A stretch of 64,000 nt of DNA from Sedimentisphaerales bacterium (GCA_963663805.2 CAXXMR010000008.1:64001-128000), one strand, 5' to 3'; numbered from the stretch's first letter, positions 43,972 to 54,948 are shown. A program made the numbers and translations. The notes: a model not told the origin generated them from the letters alone.

Positions 43972-46725
43972 TCAAACTCTTTTCGCCGTTGCGGTTTTTT
44001 CGACAAACCGTGCCCCCGGAGCGTATTTATTGATTACTTCGTCGAGCATGTCTCGGTCCACTGGTTTGGTCAAATAGTCGTCGCAGCCGGCATCCAGACA
44101 TTTTTCCCGGTCCCCTCCCATGGCATGTGCGGTCAACGCGATAATCGGGCCGCTGTAGCCGTGACGACGAAGTTTCGCCGTCGCTTCATAGCCGTTAAGA
44201 TTCGGCATTTGCATATCCATAAAGATTATATCATATTTACCGTTCTCTGCCGCCTTGACAGCTTCCAGCCCATCCGGCACTAGTTCAACCTGTAAACCCA
44301 TTTGTCTCAGTAGCAGCTCGATAAGACGTTGGTTGGAAATATTGTCTTCCGCTACTAGGATTTCGCCGCTGTATTTATGGGCTCTAGGTTTTTCAGTTTG
44401 CTGTTCCTGTGGTGCCAGCGTACCATCGCTTTCCTGAGTGTCCAGATTAAGTACCGGCTGTCCAGCCACCTTAACGCCGGCCTCAACCCAAAACGAGAAT
44501 ACCGAACCCTTGCCCGGTTCACTGCTGAGATGTACTCCGCCGCCCATGATTTCCGTCAGGCGACGCGTGATGGCCAGCCCCAAACCGGTGCCGCCGAATT
44601 TTCGTGACGTGCTGCCGTCCGCCTGTGAGAATGAGTCAAAAATTATCTGCTGTTTGTCTTCCGGAATACCGATGCCTGTGTCAGCAATATCAAACCGAAT
44701 ATAATCCTTATGGCCTTTCGTGAAACTACCGATGCTGACATGAACATGCCCTTTTTCCGTAAACTTGATAGCGTTGCTGATAAGGTTCACCAGACACTGA
44801 CGAATACGAACCGGGTCGCTGCAAATCCTTTCCGGCAGTTGCCCCTGGGGCAGAACAGCGAAATCCAGATTTTTGCTCTCGGCCTGAGGACTGAGCAAAT
44901 CGGTGACACTTTGTATTAGTTCGCCCATCGAAAAATCAACCGTTTCGGTTTCCAATCGACCCGCTTCGATTTTTGAGAAGTCCAGTATGTCATTGATAAT
45001 CGTTAGCAGATTACGGGACGCGTCGTTTATCATCTTGACATATCGGTTCTGGTCATCGTTGAGGGGCTCATGTTTAAGAACATCACCAAAACCGATAATT
45101 GCGTTCATCGGGGTGCGGATTTCATGGCTCATATTCGCTAAAAACTCACTCTTAGCGATATTAGCTGCCTCCGCACCTTCTTTGGCCCTGGTAAGCTCTG
45201 CGGTTCGCTGGGTTACTTCTTCTTCCAGATGGTCACGGTGCTGACGCAGCTCTGCCTCGGCAGCTAAACGCTCGGTAATGTCACGGGCGATGCAGAACAG
45301 AACATTGTGGCCATCCCATTTGCCCTGATTGACACGAATATCAACCGGTATTTCCTTGCCCGAACGAGTACACAAGGATTTGTTACTGTGTGACAGTGTG
45401 CCTTGAAGCATCTGCTTGAAGGTTTCTCGGCCTTCATCACGCATCGACTCGGCAATAAGCTGGGCTACTTCCATGCCCAGGAGTTCGTTTTCCTGATATT
45501 CCAACCCTTCACGCAAGGCGGGGTTGGAATACAAAATCCGGCCTTGAACGTCAACAATAAACAGGAAATCGTCCAGAGTGTCAAACATGGTTTGCAGGTT
45601 TTTACGACTTTCCAGTATCGTTCTTTCGGCCTGACGACGCGATGTTATATCTCGTACTACTCCCTGAACCAAGCGGCTGCCCTTTAGTTCCACCCTCGAA
45701 AACGTTACCTCCGCCGGAAACAAATTGCCGTTTCGACGCATGTGAAGCCATTCAAAATGATACGTTCCTTTTTCCAAAGCCAGGTTGATATATTCCTGAC
45801 CTAATTCGCTGGAACGGCGACCATTTAGCTGGGTCGGTGGTGAAAATTCAACCACACTATGAAACAAAAGCGACTTGCGGTCCGAGCAGCCGTACATCTC
45901 CACGGCGCTTTCGTTGCAGTCAATTATATTGCCGTCTTTTATCAATATAACCGCGTCACTGGAAGAATCATAAAGTGTACGGTATTTTTCCTCATTGTCT
46001 TTGATGGCAGCTTCATGTTCCGATATCTGGTCCAGCATCAGATTAAACGAATCCACCAGTTCGCCCACCTCGTCATTACTGACTCGATCACTGCGAACCG
46101 AATAATCATGATTCTGAGATATGTGTCGGGCGGTTTTTGATAATTCAACTATCGGGTCCGATATGAATTTCTGCAGAGCCGAGGCCACCGCCAGTGAAAT
46201 CGCCAAAGTCACCAGACTTAACAGAGAAAATACTACGATATTACGCTTAATCATGTTGTTCATCTGATTCAGGTCGGCACGAATATAGACCGTCCCTATC
46301 TCACGAGTTTCTTCCGCGATTGTCGAGAATACTTCGATATAATCACTCAATATCTCATAACCCTCAGGACCGCGTTCTGGTGCGCTTATGGGTGTTTTTA
46401 TGTCGGGCCGCTGATAACGGGCAAATACCTTGCCTTCCTTGTCATATAAACAGGCAAACATTATCGAAGGCTCAGCGTATAGTGAACCCAGCATGTCCTT
46501 AGCGTCGCTGGTATCCGCGAAAGTAAGGGCCGCACGACAATTGTCACCTATCATCCGGGCGTTCGACTGGAGAGTTCGCACTATGTTCTCTCGCCAGACA
46601 AAACGTTCATGTATGATGTAGGCATTGCCCGCCAAAATCATCGAAACCACCGTGACAATCATGATTATCACAATGATTTTGTGTTTGATGGTCATGTCTC
46701 TTAGCTTGTACTTTAGGCCCGACAC
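43972..46725 (-). CDS. Hybrid histidine kinase (periplasmic CHASE8-like sensor, HAMP, 2 PAS, HisKA, HATPase, REC)
   Basis: FLANMSHEIRTP, NAIKFT, DTGIG, GTGLGL, MDMQMP. Confidence 0.93.
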   Translation of the reverse strand: MSGLKYKLRDMTIKHKIIVIIMIVTVVSMILAGNAYIIHERFVWRENIVRTLQSNARMIGDNCRAALTFADTSDAKDMLGSLYAEPSIMFACLYDKEGKVFARYQRPDIKTPISAPERGPEGYEILSDYIEVFSTIAEETREIGTVYIRADLNQMNNMIKRNIVVFSLLSLVTLAISLAVASALQKFISDPIVELSKTARHISQNHDYSVRSDRVSNDEVGELVDSFNLMLDQISEHEAAIKDNEEKYRTLYDSSSDAVILIKDGNIIDCNESAVEMYGCSDRKSLLFHSVVEFSPPTQLNGRRSSELGQEYINLALEKGTYHFEWLHMRRNGNLFPAEVTFSRVELKGSRLVQGVVRDITSRRQAERTILESRKNLQTMFDTLDDFLFIVDVQGRILYSNPALREGLEYQENELLGMEVAQLIAESMRDEGRETFKQMLQGTLSHSNKSLCTRSGKEIPVDIRVNQGKWDGHNVLFCIARDITERLAAEAELRQHRDHLEEEVTQRTAELTRAKEGAEAANIAKSEFLANMSHEIRTPMNAIIGFGDVLKHEPLNDDQNRYVKMINDASRNLLTIINDILDFSKIEAGRLETETVDFSMGELIQSVTDLLSPQAESKNLDFAVLPQGQLPERICSDPVRIRQCLVNLISNAIKFTEKGHVHVSIGSFTKGHKDYIRFDIADTGIGIPEDKQQIIFDSFSQADGSTSRKFGGTGLGLAITRRLTEIMGGGVHLSSEPGKGSVFSFWVEAGVKVAGQPVLNLDTQESDGTLAPQEQQTEKPRAHKYSGEILVAEDNISNQRLIELLLRQMGLQVELVPDGLEAVKAAENGKYDIIFMDMQMPNLNGYEATAKLRRHGYSGPIIALTAHAMGGDREKCLDAGCDDYLTKPVDRDMLDEVINKYAPGARFVEKTATAKRV

Positions 46726-46746
46726 TGCGTAAATGAATCCTTCCGT

Positions 46747-47388
46747 TTAATTCTGTTTCTGCTCTTTTTGTTTATAATATACTTTCCGCGCCAGCCTCAG
46801 CAGCTTGGCCCGAATCTCGATTTTTGCCTCTTCTGCCGCATCCAGATTGATGTCGAAGCGAACTTTCTTGTCTTCTATCAGGAAATTGATTATCCCGCCT
46901 TCACGCATGAATGAAGCATCTTCGCCAATGCTTAAAATACTCTTACCCTTTATCTGGCCCAGAATCTCCTTTTGCTGACCTGCGTACTCCATGCTGATAT
47001 ATACCACCGAGCAGTTTTGTGTTCTCTTGCTGTCTTTAAGGTCCAAACTCTTAAGCTCTATCACCTCGATGGGCAGATTGTTCGCGGTTTTGCCCGAAAA
47101 TACCTGACTCGATACCTGGCCAGCCAGCTTGCCGTAAACGCCCACCACATATTTCTTCTGGTCCTGCTCTTCAGGATAGCTCACAAACTTCAGAAAATTA
47201 TATATGAACGCAGCTTTGACCTCATATTCACGCTTTAGTAATTCTTCATTATTAAAATGAGATATCGCCTGACCCCAGGTGAAAAATACCGGCAGCAAAA
47301 ACAGCAGCAATATCGCCCCGCCCAGATTGCGAAATCTCCGTGATAACCCGCCTGATTCAGTGATAATATTATCTACAGTCTTAAACAT
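46747..47388 (-). CDS. YfiR-family periplasmic protein
   Basis: EYEVKAAFIYNF.KFV..P, GGIINF, VRFDINL, LLRLA. Confidence 0.88.
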   Translation of the reverse strand: MFKTVDNIITESGGLSRRFRNLGGAILLLFLLPVFFTWGQAISHFNNEELLKREYEVKAAFIYNFLKFVSYPEEQDQKKYVVGVYGKLAGQVSSQVFSGKTANNLPIEVIELKSLDLKDSKRTQNCSVVYISMEYAGQQKEILGQIKGKSILSIGEDASFMREGGIINFLIEDKKVRFDINLDAAEEAKIEIRAKLLRLARKVYYKQKEQKQN

Positions 47389-47412
47389 CTGTTTCTATAA
47401 TTATCGGGGCAC

Positions 47413-49374
47413 TTAAAACTTTATCGTTATTCGGGCGTAATAACTCCGGGGTATCTCTATTTGATTTCCGGTCACGCTTGAAAATTCCATGTGACCGGAA
47501 TCAAGCAGATTCTGGCCTACCACACTCAACTCCACGTTCTCCCGTATCTGCCACGCCAGACGAACGTCAAGACGCATATGGGAATCTGCCCCGCCTTCCG
47601 TAAGCGTGTCATAATAGTAAGCACTTGTGTCAAACTGCCAGTTCCCCGGCAAATTCATAATCGAACGAATATTAGCCATGTTGCGCGGCGACATGGTGCG
47701 GAATACTATTGGGCCTGTCTCATCTCTGGTACGCCCCCGAATAAAGCTGTATGAAGGCTTCAGGGTCCACCAGTCGGTCACCTTATAATTAATCGCCGCC
47801 TCAAAACCGTAAGTCTCATCCCACATAGTATTGCCGTAAGTAAATATGATGGGATAACCGCCGCTGAAATCTATCGACTCTACATCACGCAAATCGTCAT
47901 ACACATTATAAAACGTCGCTATGTCTATCGATAGGCGTTCTTCGGGAATAAACCGGTAGCCCGCCTCATAAGCAACCAGCTTTTCCGATTCCATATCAGG
48001 ATTGCCGTGAATCTCGAATAGGGGGCTGTTTATGTGTAAACCCTGGTCACTACGCACCGGCGTACGCACCGCACGAGTTATCGAACCCCAAAACGTATGA
48101 GCCTTGTCAGGTGTCCACATCAACCGCCCGCCCGGCTGATACTCAAAACCACTGAAAGTGTTATGCTCAAACTTCGAGCCCAGAATCAAATGCAGCTTAT
48201 CCTTAACCAGGGTTATGTCATCATTGATAAAGCCGCTTACCAGATGACTGTCCATTTTGGTATGAACCATTGACCAGATCGGGCCGTTCTTTATGTCGTC
48301 CTTACTCAGGCGATAGCCCAGACCCCAGATAATATTATGATTCTCATTGAGCCGTACTGAGTGCTGAAAATCAAAATCAAAGGTGTCGCGATATTCCCAG
48401 AATTCACCTTTCTGGTCATGATTGAGATTGTCATAATACATCTGAAAACTCATCTCCGAATCTTCAGATATCGTATGGGTCCACCGCCCCAGCAAATTTC
48501 CCGAATGAATATCCAGGCCGCCCGGAGTCTTCACCGTATTATCTATCCCCAGGGTTGCCGCACTGATGTTTTCTTCAGAAATATCTGAGCGGAATATATC
48601 ACCCTGAAATGTAAATGAATCTTCTTCATTTGTTTCCCAGTCTATCCGAAAACCGCTCTGCATATATCGCCATTCATTTACATGGGTATCTTCTATGAGA
48701 TTTTTATAGTTGTCATGATTCAGATATTGACTGTAGACCCGGAACCACGCATTCTCGCCCAGCTTGCCGCCGTAACGCAAAGTACCCATCCCTTGTTCGA
48801 CATTACCGCCCGCCGCGTCGAACATACCGCCTTGGGTGTCCTTCGCGATCTTGGTCACAATGTTGATAATACCGTTGACCGCGTTACTGCCCCAAAGCGT
48901 CCCGCCCGGCCCTCGCACAATCTCGATACGCTCCACATCTTCCAGAACAACATGTTGAATATTCCAGTAAACACCGGAGAATAAAGGGGAATAGACGGTG
49001 CGTCCGTCAATCATCACCAGCAGCTTGTCAGAAAACTGACCGTTAAAACCACGCGAACCGATTGACCAGGTATAGGTGTTGATCTGCCCCACATAAATAC
49101 CCGGAACCATTCGCAATGCCTCTGGTATACTTGTGGCCCCGCTCCGCCTTATATCCTCAGTGGCCAATACATAAACCGCTGCCGGAGTGTCGCGCAGCTT
49201 CGTCTCCTGCTTCGAAACCAGCGAAATCTCAACCTCCATCAAATCTTCAATGGACAGTTCTAAAAGTTCCGTCGGATCATTGAGGGCTAGGTTGGGCTCT
49301 TCGCCGTATGCCGCCGCTGTCGCTGTCAGTACCACCAGCAGTATGGACAGCCAATTGTATGCTGAATTTGCCAT
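47413..49374 (-). CDS. TonB-dependent receptor
   Basis: LSIEDLM..., IPEALRMVPG, IERIE-like VRGPG..LWG.NAVNG.INI, NLLD, terminal F. Confidence 0.93.
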   Translation of the reverse strand: MANSAYNWLSILLVVLTATAAAYGEEPNLALNDPTELLELSIEDLMEVEISLVSKQETKLRDTPAAVYVLATEDIRRSGATSIPEALRMVPGIYVGQINTYTWSIGSRGFNGQFSDKLLVMIDGRTVYSPLFSGVYWNIQHVVLEDVERIEIVRGPGGTLWGSNAVNGIINIVTKIAKDTQGGMFDAAGGNVEQGMGTLRYGGKLGENAWFRVYSQYLNHDNYKNLIEDTHVNEWRYMQSGFRIDWETNEEDSFTFQGDIFRSDISEENISAATLGIDNTVKTPGGLDIHSGNLLGRWTHTISEDSEMSFQMYYDNLNHDQKGEFWEYRDTFDFDFQHSVRLNENHNIIWGLGYRLSKDDIKNGPIWSMVHTKMDSHLVSGFINDDITLVKDKLHLILGSKFEHNTFSGFEYQPGGRLMWTPDKAHTFWGSITRAVRTPVRSDQGLHINSPLFEIHGNPDMESEKLVAYEAGYRFIPEERLSIDIATFYNVYDDLRDVESIDFSGGYPIIFTYGNTMWDETYGFEAAINYKVTDWWTLKPSYSFIRGRTRDETGPIVFRTMSPRNMANIRSIMNLPGNWQFDTSAYYYDTLTEGGADSHMRLDVRLAWQIRENVELSVVGQNLLDSGHMEFSSVTGNQIEIPRSYYARITIKF

Positions 49375-49728
49375 AGCATTCTCTCACTAAAGATATGAAA
49401 TCATATTTTTGGATTTCATGCTCAATATCTACATTCACAAATTTGACATCGACCTTATAAATCACCTACTTAATTGATATTATCGTACGAATGACCATTC
49501 AGCCCCGCCTCTGTGTCCGATAATCATTATGCGTGTCGGACAACCTGAAAAAAACAGTCTAAGCCCCCAAAAATAAACAAACATTTACATTTTTTCCCCT
49601 GCTGTGTCCCAATCCAAAATAAAACTTTATTGTCACGCGTCCAATAATGGTATGTCTCATAATTGCCCATGTAATCTTCAGCCGGATTCTGCGCTGGACA
49701 AAATCAGATCTCCGGTAACAATATAGAA

Positions 49729-52011
49729 ATGCAAAAGAGACAGCAAATAGAAATCGCCGGTCGAGTTCAGGGAGTTGGGTTTCGCCCCTTCATCTACAAT
49801 CTCGCCCTTCGTCTCGGTATTACCGGCACCGTTGCCAACACCACCCGTGGCGTAACCATCACCGCTCAAGCCTCGCCCTCGACTCTGGATAATTTCTGTC
49901 GGGCTATCCTCAACGAGCATCCACCCCTAGCCCTGCCCGAGATATTAGACCGCCGGGATTTGCCCGCAATTCAAGACGAAAAAAGTTTCCTCATTCAAAA
50001 TTCCCGGACCGACACCGGCCCTCGTGCCCTGGTCACCCCCGATGCCGCGACTTGTCCCGATTGTCTCGCCGAACTTACCGACCCCGCCGACCGTCGCTAT
50101 CGTTACCCCTTCATCAACTGCACCAACTGCGGTCCACGTTACACTATTATTTTTGATGTGCCTTACGACCGACCTAATACCACCATGCGCGACTTTACAA
50201 TGTGCCCCGCTTGCCAAAAAGAATACGACAACCCCGCCGATCGCCGCTTTCACGCCCAGCCCAACGCCTGCCCGGTTTGCGGACCCAGTGTGTATCTTAC
50301 CGACCCCGCTGGCAATACCATAATCACCCAAGACCCCATCCAAAAAACAATCGAACTGATCCAAAGTGGACATATCCTCGCTATTAAAGGGCTCGGCGGA
50401 TTCCATCTTGCCGTACGTGCCGACAGCGACCCCGCCGTTACCGAACTCCGCAGCCGCAAGTATCGCAAAGCTAAAGCCTTCGCCCTCATGGTCCGCGACC
50501 TCGACACCGCCCGAAAAATAGCGACAGTCAGCCCCGTCGCTGCTCAATCAATGACCGATATCAAGCGTCCCATAGTCCTTTGCCCCAAATCACCCGATGC
50601 ACCCATAAGTCCCGACGTCGCGCCCGCTTCAAGATTCTACGGACTGATGCTCCCCTATACCCCGCTCCATTCTCTTGTCATGCAAGGCGATTTCCCCGCT
50701 CTGGTTATGACCAGCGGTAATAATAGCGATGAGCCTATTGAATGCGAAAACGACGGTGCCCTCGATAAACTCAAAGACCTCGCCGATTATTTCCTCATGC
50801 ACAATCGGCCTATTCATACCAGTTGTGACGATTCCGTTATCAAGGTTTTTGAAGATAAACCCCAAATCATCCGCCGGGCCCGCGGTTTTGCACCTGTTCC
50901 CCAAAATATCACTTGCCAATGCGCCTGCGATATTCTTGCCGTCGGTGCCGAACTTAAAAGCACTATTACCGTCGTTAAACAGGGGCAGGCTTTTACTAGC
51001 CAGCACATTGGCGACCTCCGCAACGCCGCCACTTACGAGGCGTTCATTCGCACCATCGAAAAGTTAACCGCCCTGGTCGATGCCCACCCTCGTGCTATCG
51101 CCTGCGACCTCCATCCTGCTATGCTCAGCACTCGCTTCGCCGAAACCTACCGCGACATCCCCATCATCCGTGTCCAGCACCATCACGCCCACATCGCCGC
51201 CGTTATTGGTGAATATAATCTTACTTCTCCCGTCGTTGGCATTGTTACCGACGGGGTAGGTTTCGGCCCCGACCAAACCGTCTGGGGTTGTGAAGCAATG
51301 GCCGTCTGGCCTCACAAATACCAGCGCTTTGGCCACCTCGAACCCGTCGTTTTGCCCGGCGGGGATGCCGCCGCCCGCCAACCCTGGCGAATGGCACTCA
51401 GCTGTCTCCACAAAACTTTCGGTTCCGAAAAAGCCGCCACCCTCGCCCGCGAATTATTGCCCCAAATACCCACTGAACAAATCCAAAATGTTTGTCAGAT
51501 TATCGATGCCGACCTCAACTGCCCAGCCACCTCAAGTCTGGGCCGATTCTTCGATGCCGTCAGCGCTCTGCTCGGCGTCTGTGCCGAAAATACCTACGAA
51601 GCCCAGGCCGCCATCGAACTCGAAGATACCACCGACCTCAACGAAACCACCGCATACCCCCTCGAAATAATCGCCAACCACGTTATCGCTGTCACTCCCG
51701 TAATCTGCGCCCTCGTAAAGGATCTGCAAAACCGCACCGACCCCGCCATTATCTCCGCCCGCTTCCACAACTTTGTTGTCAACGCCCTTACCCATCTCGC
51801 TTTCGAGCTTGCCCGAACCCTCGACACCGACATTGTGGCACTCAGCGGCGGGGTATTCCAAAACGACTTGATTCTCAGCTCACTTGTCGATAGACTTAGG
51901 AAGAGCAACCTGAAACCTTACGTTAGTCGCCAATTGCCCGTAAACGACGGAGCCATCTCCTTTGGCCAGGCAATAGTCGCCGATGCGATTATGGCAAAAA
52001 ATCAAATATGA
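49729..52011 (+). CDS. hypF: Hydrogenase maturation carbamoyltransferase
   Basis: GRVQGVGFRP, CxxC fingers, RRFHAQPNAC, QHHHAH, NDG.IS.GQ. Confidence 0.96.
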   Translation: MQKRQQIEIAGRVQGVGFRPFIYNLALRLGITGTVANTTRGVTITAQASPSTLDNFCRAILNEHPPLALPEILDRRDLPAIQDEKSFLIQNSRTDTGPRALVTPDAATCPDCLAELTDPADRRYRYPFINCTNCGPRYTIIFDVPYDRPNTTMRDFTMCPACQKEYDNPADRRFHAQPNACPVCGPSVYLTDPAGNTIITQDPIQKTIELIQSGHILAIKGLGGFHLAVRADSDPAVTELRSRKYRKAKAFALMVRDLDTARKIATVSPVAAQSMTDIKRPIVLCPKSPDAPISPDVAPASRFYGLMLPYTPLHSLVMQGDFPALVMTSGNNSDEPIECENDGALDKLKDLADYFLMHNRPIHTSCDDSVIKVFEDKPQIIRRARGFAPVPQNITCQCACDILAVGAELKSTITVVKQGQAFTSQHIGDLRNAATYEAFIRTIEKLTALVDAHPRAIACDLHPAMLSTRFAETYRDIPIIRVQHHHAHIAAVIGEYNLTSPVVGIVTDGVGFGPDQTVWGCEAMAVWPHKYQRFGHLEPVVLPGGDAAARQPWRMALSCLHKTFGSEKAATLARELLPQIPTEQIQNVCQIIDADLNCPATSSLGRFFDAVSALLGVCAENTYEAQAAIELEDTTDLNETTAYPLEIIANHVIAVTPVICALVKDLQNRTDPAIISARFHNFVVNALTHLAFELARTLDTDIVALSGGVFQNDLILSSLVDRLRKSNLKPYVSRQLPVNDGAISFGQAIVADAIMAKNQI

Positions 52012-52058
52012 AAAACCAAACAAAAAAGCCCAAAGGGGCGAAAGAAATTATTTACTAA

Positions 52059-52103
52059 TTGCCGTTAAAATCCGCGACAATCCGTGTAATCCGCGGTTAA
52101 ATC
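52059..52103 (+). repeat. TTGCCGTT + (AATCCGCGT)-type 9/10-mer array, copy 1
   Basis: Near-identical to 56219-56264. Confidence 0.85.
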
Positions 52104-52138
52104 ATCATTTCTGTCATCCTTTATTAGGTTAAATTGTA

Positions 52139-53143
52139 ATGACCGAACAAATCAAAATTGCCCACGGTGGCGGCGGAACACTCATGCAGCAGCTCATCAC
52201 CGAAGAATTTCTGCCCCTGCTCCGCCCCGGCTCCGACTTCCACGACCTCGCCGATAGTGCCCGCTTGCCTATCAACGCTTCCCATATCGCTTTTACTTCC
52301 GACAGCTTCGTCGTTCAGCCTCTTTTCTTCCCCGGCGGAGATATTGGCAAGCTCGCTGTCTGTGGTACTGTCAATGATCTCGCCGCCCGCGGTGCTGTCC
52401 CCCAGGCTCTTTCGCTGTCCCTTATTATCGAAGAAGGCTTCCCGCTCGACGACCTCCGCAAAATCATTAAGTCAATCGCCCAGACCGCTCAACAGGCCCA
52501 GGTTACCATCGTTACCGGCGATACTAAAGTCGTCGAACGCGGTGCCGCTTCCGGCATCTTCATCAATACTGCCGGCGTTGGTGCCATGCCCGCTAATCTT
52601 GATTTTAATCTAAGCCGTATCCAGCCCGATGATGTGCTAATCATCAATGGCCCGCTCGGCGACCACGGCACCGCCGTAATGAGCGTTCGCAAAGGCCTAA
52701 ACTTTGCTTCGCAGGTAACCAGCGATGTCGCCCCTCTCAATCATCTAGTCAAAGAACTCATCGACACTTGCGGCGACAAAGTCAAATGTATGACCGACCT
52801 CACCCGCGGCGGCCTAGCCGCTAATTTGAACGAGCTGGCCCGTTCGGTAGGTTTCATTATCGACGAAACCAAAATCCCCGTCCGGCCCGCCGTTCGTGGT
52901 GCCTGCGATATGCTCGGCCTTGATGTCCTTACTGTCGCCAACGAAGGAAAAATGCTTTTTGTCGTCAGCCCCGCTGCCGTCGAACAGGCACTGGCAATCC
53001 TGAAAAACAATCCACTCGGCACCCAATCCGCCCCAATCGGCACCGCCGACAACAAAGCTGGCCGCGTAAGAATCAAAACCCAAATCGGCGGCGAAAGAAT
53101 CGTAGACACTCCCTATGGCGAAGAACTCCCCCGCATCTGCTAA
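52139..53143 (+). CDS. hypE: Hydrogenase maturation protein
   Basis: HGGGG, GDIGKLAVCGTVNDL, DTKVV, terminal PRIC. Confidence 0.96.
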   Translation: MTEQIKIAHGGGGTLMQQLITEEFLPLLRPGSDFHDLADSARLPINASHIAFTSDSFVVQPLFFPGGDIGKLAVCGTVNDLAARGAVPQALSLSLIIEEGFPLDDLRKIIKSIAQTAQQAQVTIVTGDTKVVERGAASGIFINTAGVGAMPANLDFNLSRIQPDDVLIINGPLGDHGTAVMSVRKGLNFASQVTSDVAPLNHLVKELIDTCGDKVKCMTDLTRGGLAANLNELARSVGFIIDETKIPVRPAVRGACDMLGLDVLTVANEGKMLFVVSPAAVEQALAILKNNPLGTQSAPIGTADNKAGRVRIKTQIGGERIVDTPYGEELPRIC

Positions 53144-53191
53144 AGCTCCAACTTTCGTATCAATGGCTTTGCCCACGGGGATTAAATCTCT

Positions 53192-53247
53192 CGCCGAAGG
53201 CGAAACCTTGCCGTTCACTTTCGCCTTTTGCCTCTTGCCTTCTGCCT
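53192..53247 (-). repeat. Heptamer array + AACGGC hairpin unit overlapping the cysE 3' end
   Basis: Minus strand: AGGCAGA AGGCAAG AGGCAAA AGGCGAA AGTG AACGGCAAGGTTTCGCCTTCGGCG. Confidence 0.8.
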
Positions 53248-54159
53248 GTCTTTACTTTTCTTATCCAGTACCTGCAATTTCGGGTCTTCCGTTTTAACCA
53301 GTTGGCCCGGCATAACCGATTTGATAATATAAACATTACCGCCGATAGTTACGCCCTTGCCGATAACCGTCTCGCCTCCCAAAATTGTCGCGTTCGGATA
53401 AATCGTTACATTATCTTCAATCGTCGGATGACGTTTCAAACCTTTGATGGCCCGGCCTCGCTCATCCTTTGGAAAACTTTGGGCACCCAGCGTTACGCCC
53501 TGATAAATTTTGACATTGTCACCTATGATGCTTGTCTCTCCGATTACCACACCCGTGCCATGGTCGATAAAGAATCGCTTGCCGATTTTGGCACCCGGAT
53601 GAATATCCGTACCGGTCAGGCTGTGGGCATGTTCACTCATAATCCGCGGAATAAGCGGCACCTTTTGAATCAATAACTGATGAGCCATTCGATAAACACA
53701 TATCGCGTAAAAGCCCGGATAGCTGTAAATAATCTCTTCGATACTGACCGCTGCCGGGTCTCCGTCATAAAAAGCTTGTACGTCCAGCGCCAGCGCTGCC
53801 CGAATATCAGGTATCTTCGCTAGAAAATCCCGGGTTCGCTGCTCTGCCTCATTTTGACGTTTCACCATCTCATCTTTTGACTTGCAGACACACAAACAAC
53901 CCGCCACCTGTTCCGCCAGCAGCTTACCTACCTTACCCGCCAGATTGCCCACATGATAAGGCAGATTCTGTTTGGTCAGCTCCTTATTCCCAAAATACCC
54001 CGGAAACAAAAGCTGCCGTGTCAAATCCACAACCTCAACAATCCGGGCCCGCGAAGGCAGACAAGCCTCGCCAATACGGTCAATCTTCTTTTCCCTGGCA
54101 TAGCTCGCCAGTATCTTGTCCGTCAGCTTATTAAGATTCTTATTCAATGGCTTATCCAA
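53215..54159 (-). CDS. cysE: Serine O-acetyltransferase
   Basis: [33 protein letters not shown]. Confidence 0.92.
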   Translation of the reverse strand: MDKPLNKNLNKLTDKILASYAREKKIDRIGEACLPSRARIVEVVDLTRQLLFPGYFGNKELTKQNLPYHVGNLAGKVGKLLAEQVAGCLCVCKSKDEMVKRQNEAEQRTRDFLAKIPDIRAALALDVQAFYDGDPAAVSIEEIIYSYPGFYAICVYRMAHQLLIQKVPLIPRIMSEHAHSLTGTDIHPGAKIGKRFFIDHGTGVVIGETSIIGDNVKIYQGVTLGAQSFPKDERGRAIKGLKRHPTIEDNVTIYPNATILGGETVIGKGVTIGGNVYIIKSVMPGQLVKTEDPKLQVLDKKSKDRQKARGKRRK

Positions 54160-54207
54160 CGGCCAATCCTTTCAAAAACATTCCCACCTCTTACAGTGAG
54201 ACTCAAT

Positions 54208-54284
54208 TTGCCAACAATGTAAGCGCCCAACGGAAACGCCGCAACTCATTAATGCTCGCGGCCATCTATCAGTGCGATACGCAC
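54208..54284 (-). repeat. Core repeat copy 3, overlapping the metW stop
   Basis: Minus strand GTGCGTATCGCACTGATAGAT...GTTGGCAA, colinear with copies 1 and 2. Confidence 0.8.
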
Positions 54285-54901
54285 ATTATATACATTCCAA
54301 CCTCCGCCCGCAAGTTCATCATAAACTTAACACGTTTACCGCCTATCAGCCCGCATTTCTCCAGGCACTGCCAGCCCTCGGCCCGGCAGAAGTCCTCCCA
54401 GTCCAGCATACTGAAGAAATGCCGGTTAGGCGACTCATACCACGTATAAGGCAGATTCCGCGTCCGCGGTGCCCGCCCCGACCAGCCCAGCTGCCACCGA
54501 TGCCGCCAGTACCCAAAATTCGGAAAAACCACCATAACCTTTTTGCCCACCCGAAACGATTCATTAATAACCTGTTTCAGATTATCAATCTCCTGCAAAG
54601 TCAGCGCCAGTATCACCAGGTCTTCCGTCCCGTCCCCATAATGCTCCAACCCTTCCTGAGCGTCCCCATGATGCACACTAAGCCCCCGCCGCACCGCCTG
54701 CATAAAATACGTTTCGGAAATTTCAATACCCGACCCCCGTATATTCTTGTTCTGCACCAGCAGCGACAACAGCTCCCCGTCACCACACCCAATATCCAGA
54801 ACCCGCGATCCTTCCGGCGTATGCTCAACTATCCAACGATATATCTCTTTACGATTAACAATCTGCTGTGGCATATCAATATTCTTCAAAAAAGGTAACA
54901 T
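54269..54901 (-). CDS. metW: Methionine biosynthesis protein MetW
   Basis: VLDIGCGDG, FPNFG.W, LPY.WY..PN; follows metX. Confidence 0.88.
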   Translation of the reverse strand: MLPFLKNIDMPQQIVNRKEIYRWIVEHTPEGSRVLDIGCGDGELLSLLVQNKNIRGSGIEISETYFMQAVRRGLSVHHGDAQEGLEHYGDGTEDLVILALTLQEIDNLKQVINESFRVGKKVMVVFPNFGYWRHRWQLGWSGRAPRTRNLPYTWYESPNRHFFSMLDWEDFCRAEGWQCLEKCGLIGGKRVKFMMNLRAEVGMYIMCVSH

Positions 54902-54948
54902 CCATAAAACATCGGGTAACGGCTGCGCCCGTGCTGATAAAATATCTT

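Noticed and set aside
47400..47428. Sigma-28 promoter before the YfiR gene (TAAAGTTT...CCGATAA)
   Set aside because: Spacer is about 7 nt instead of about 11
49729..53143. hypF-hypE without hydrogenase genes as a novel pathway
   Set aside because: Dispersed hyp genes are common; this cannot be judged from one window
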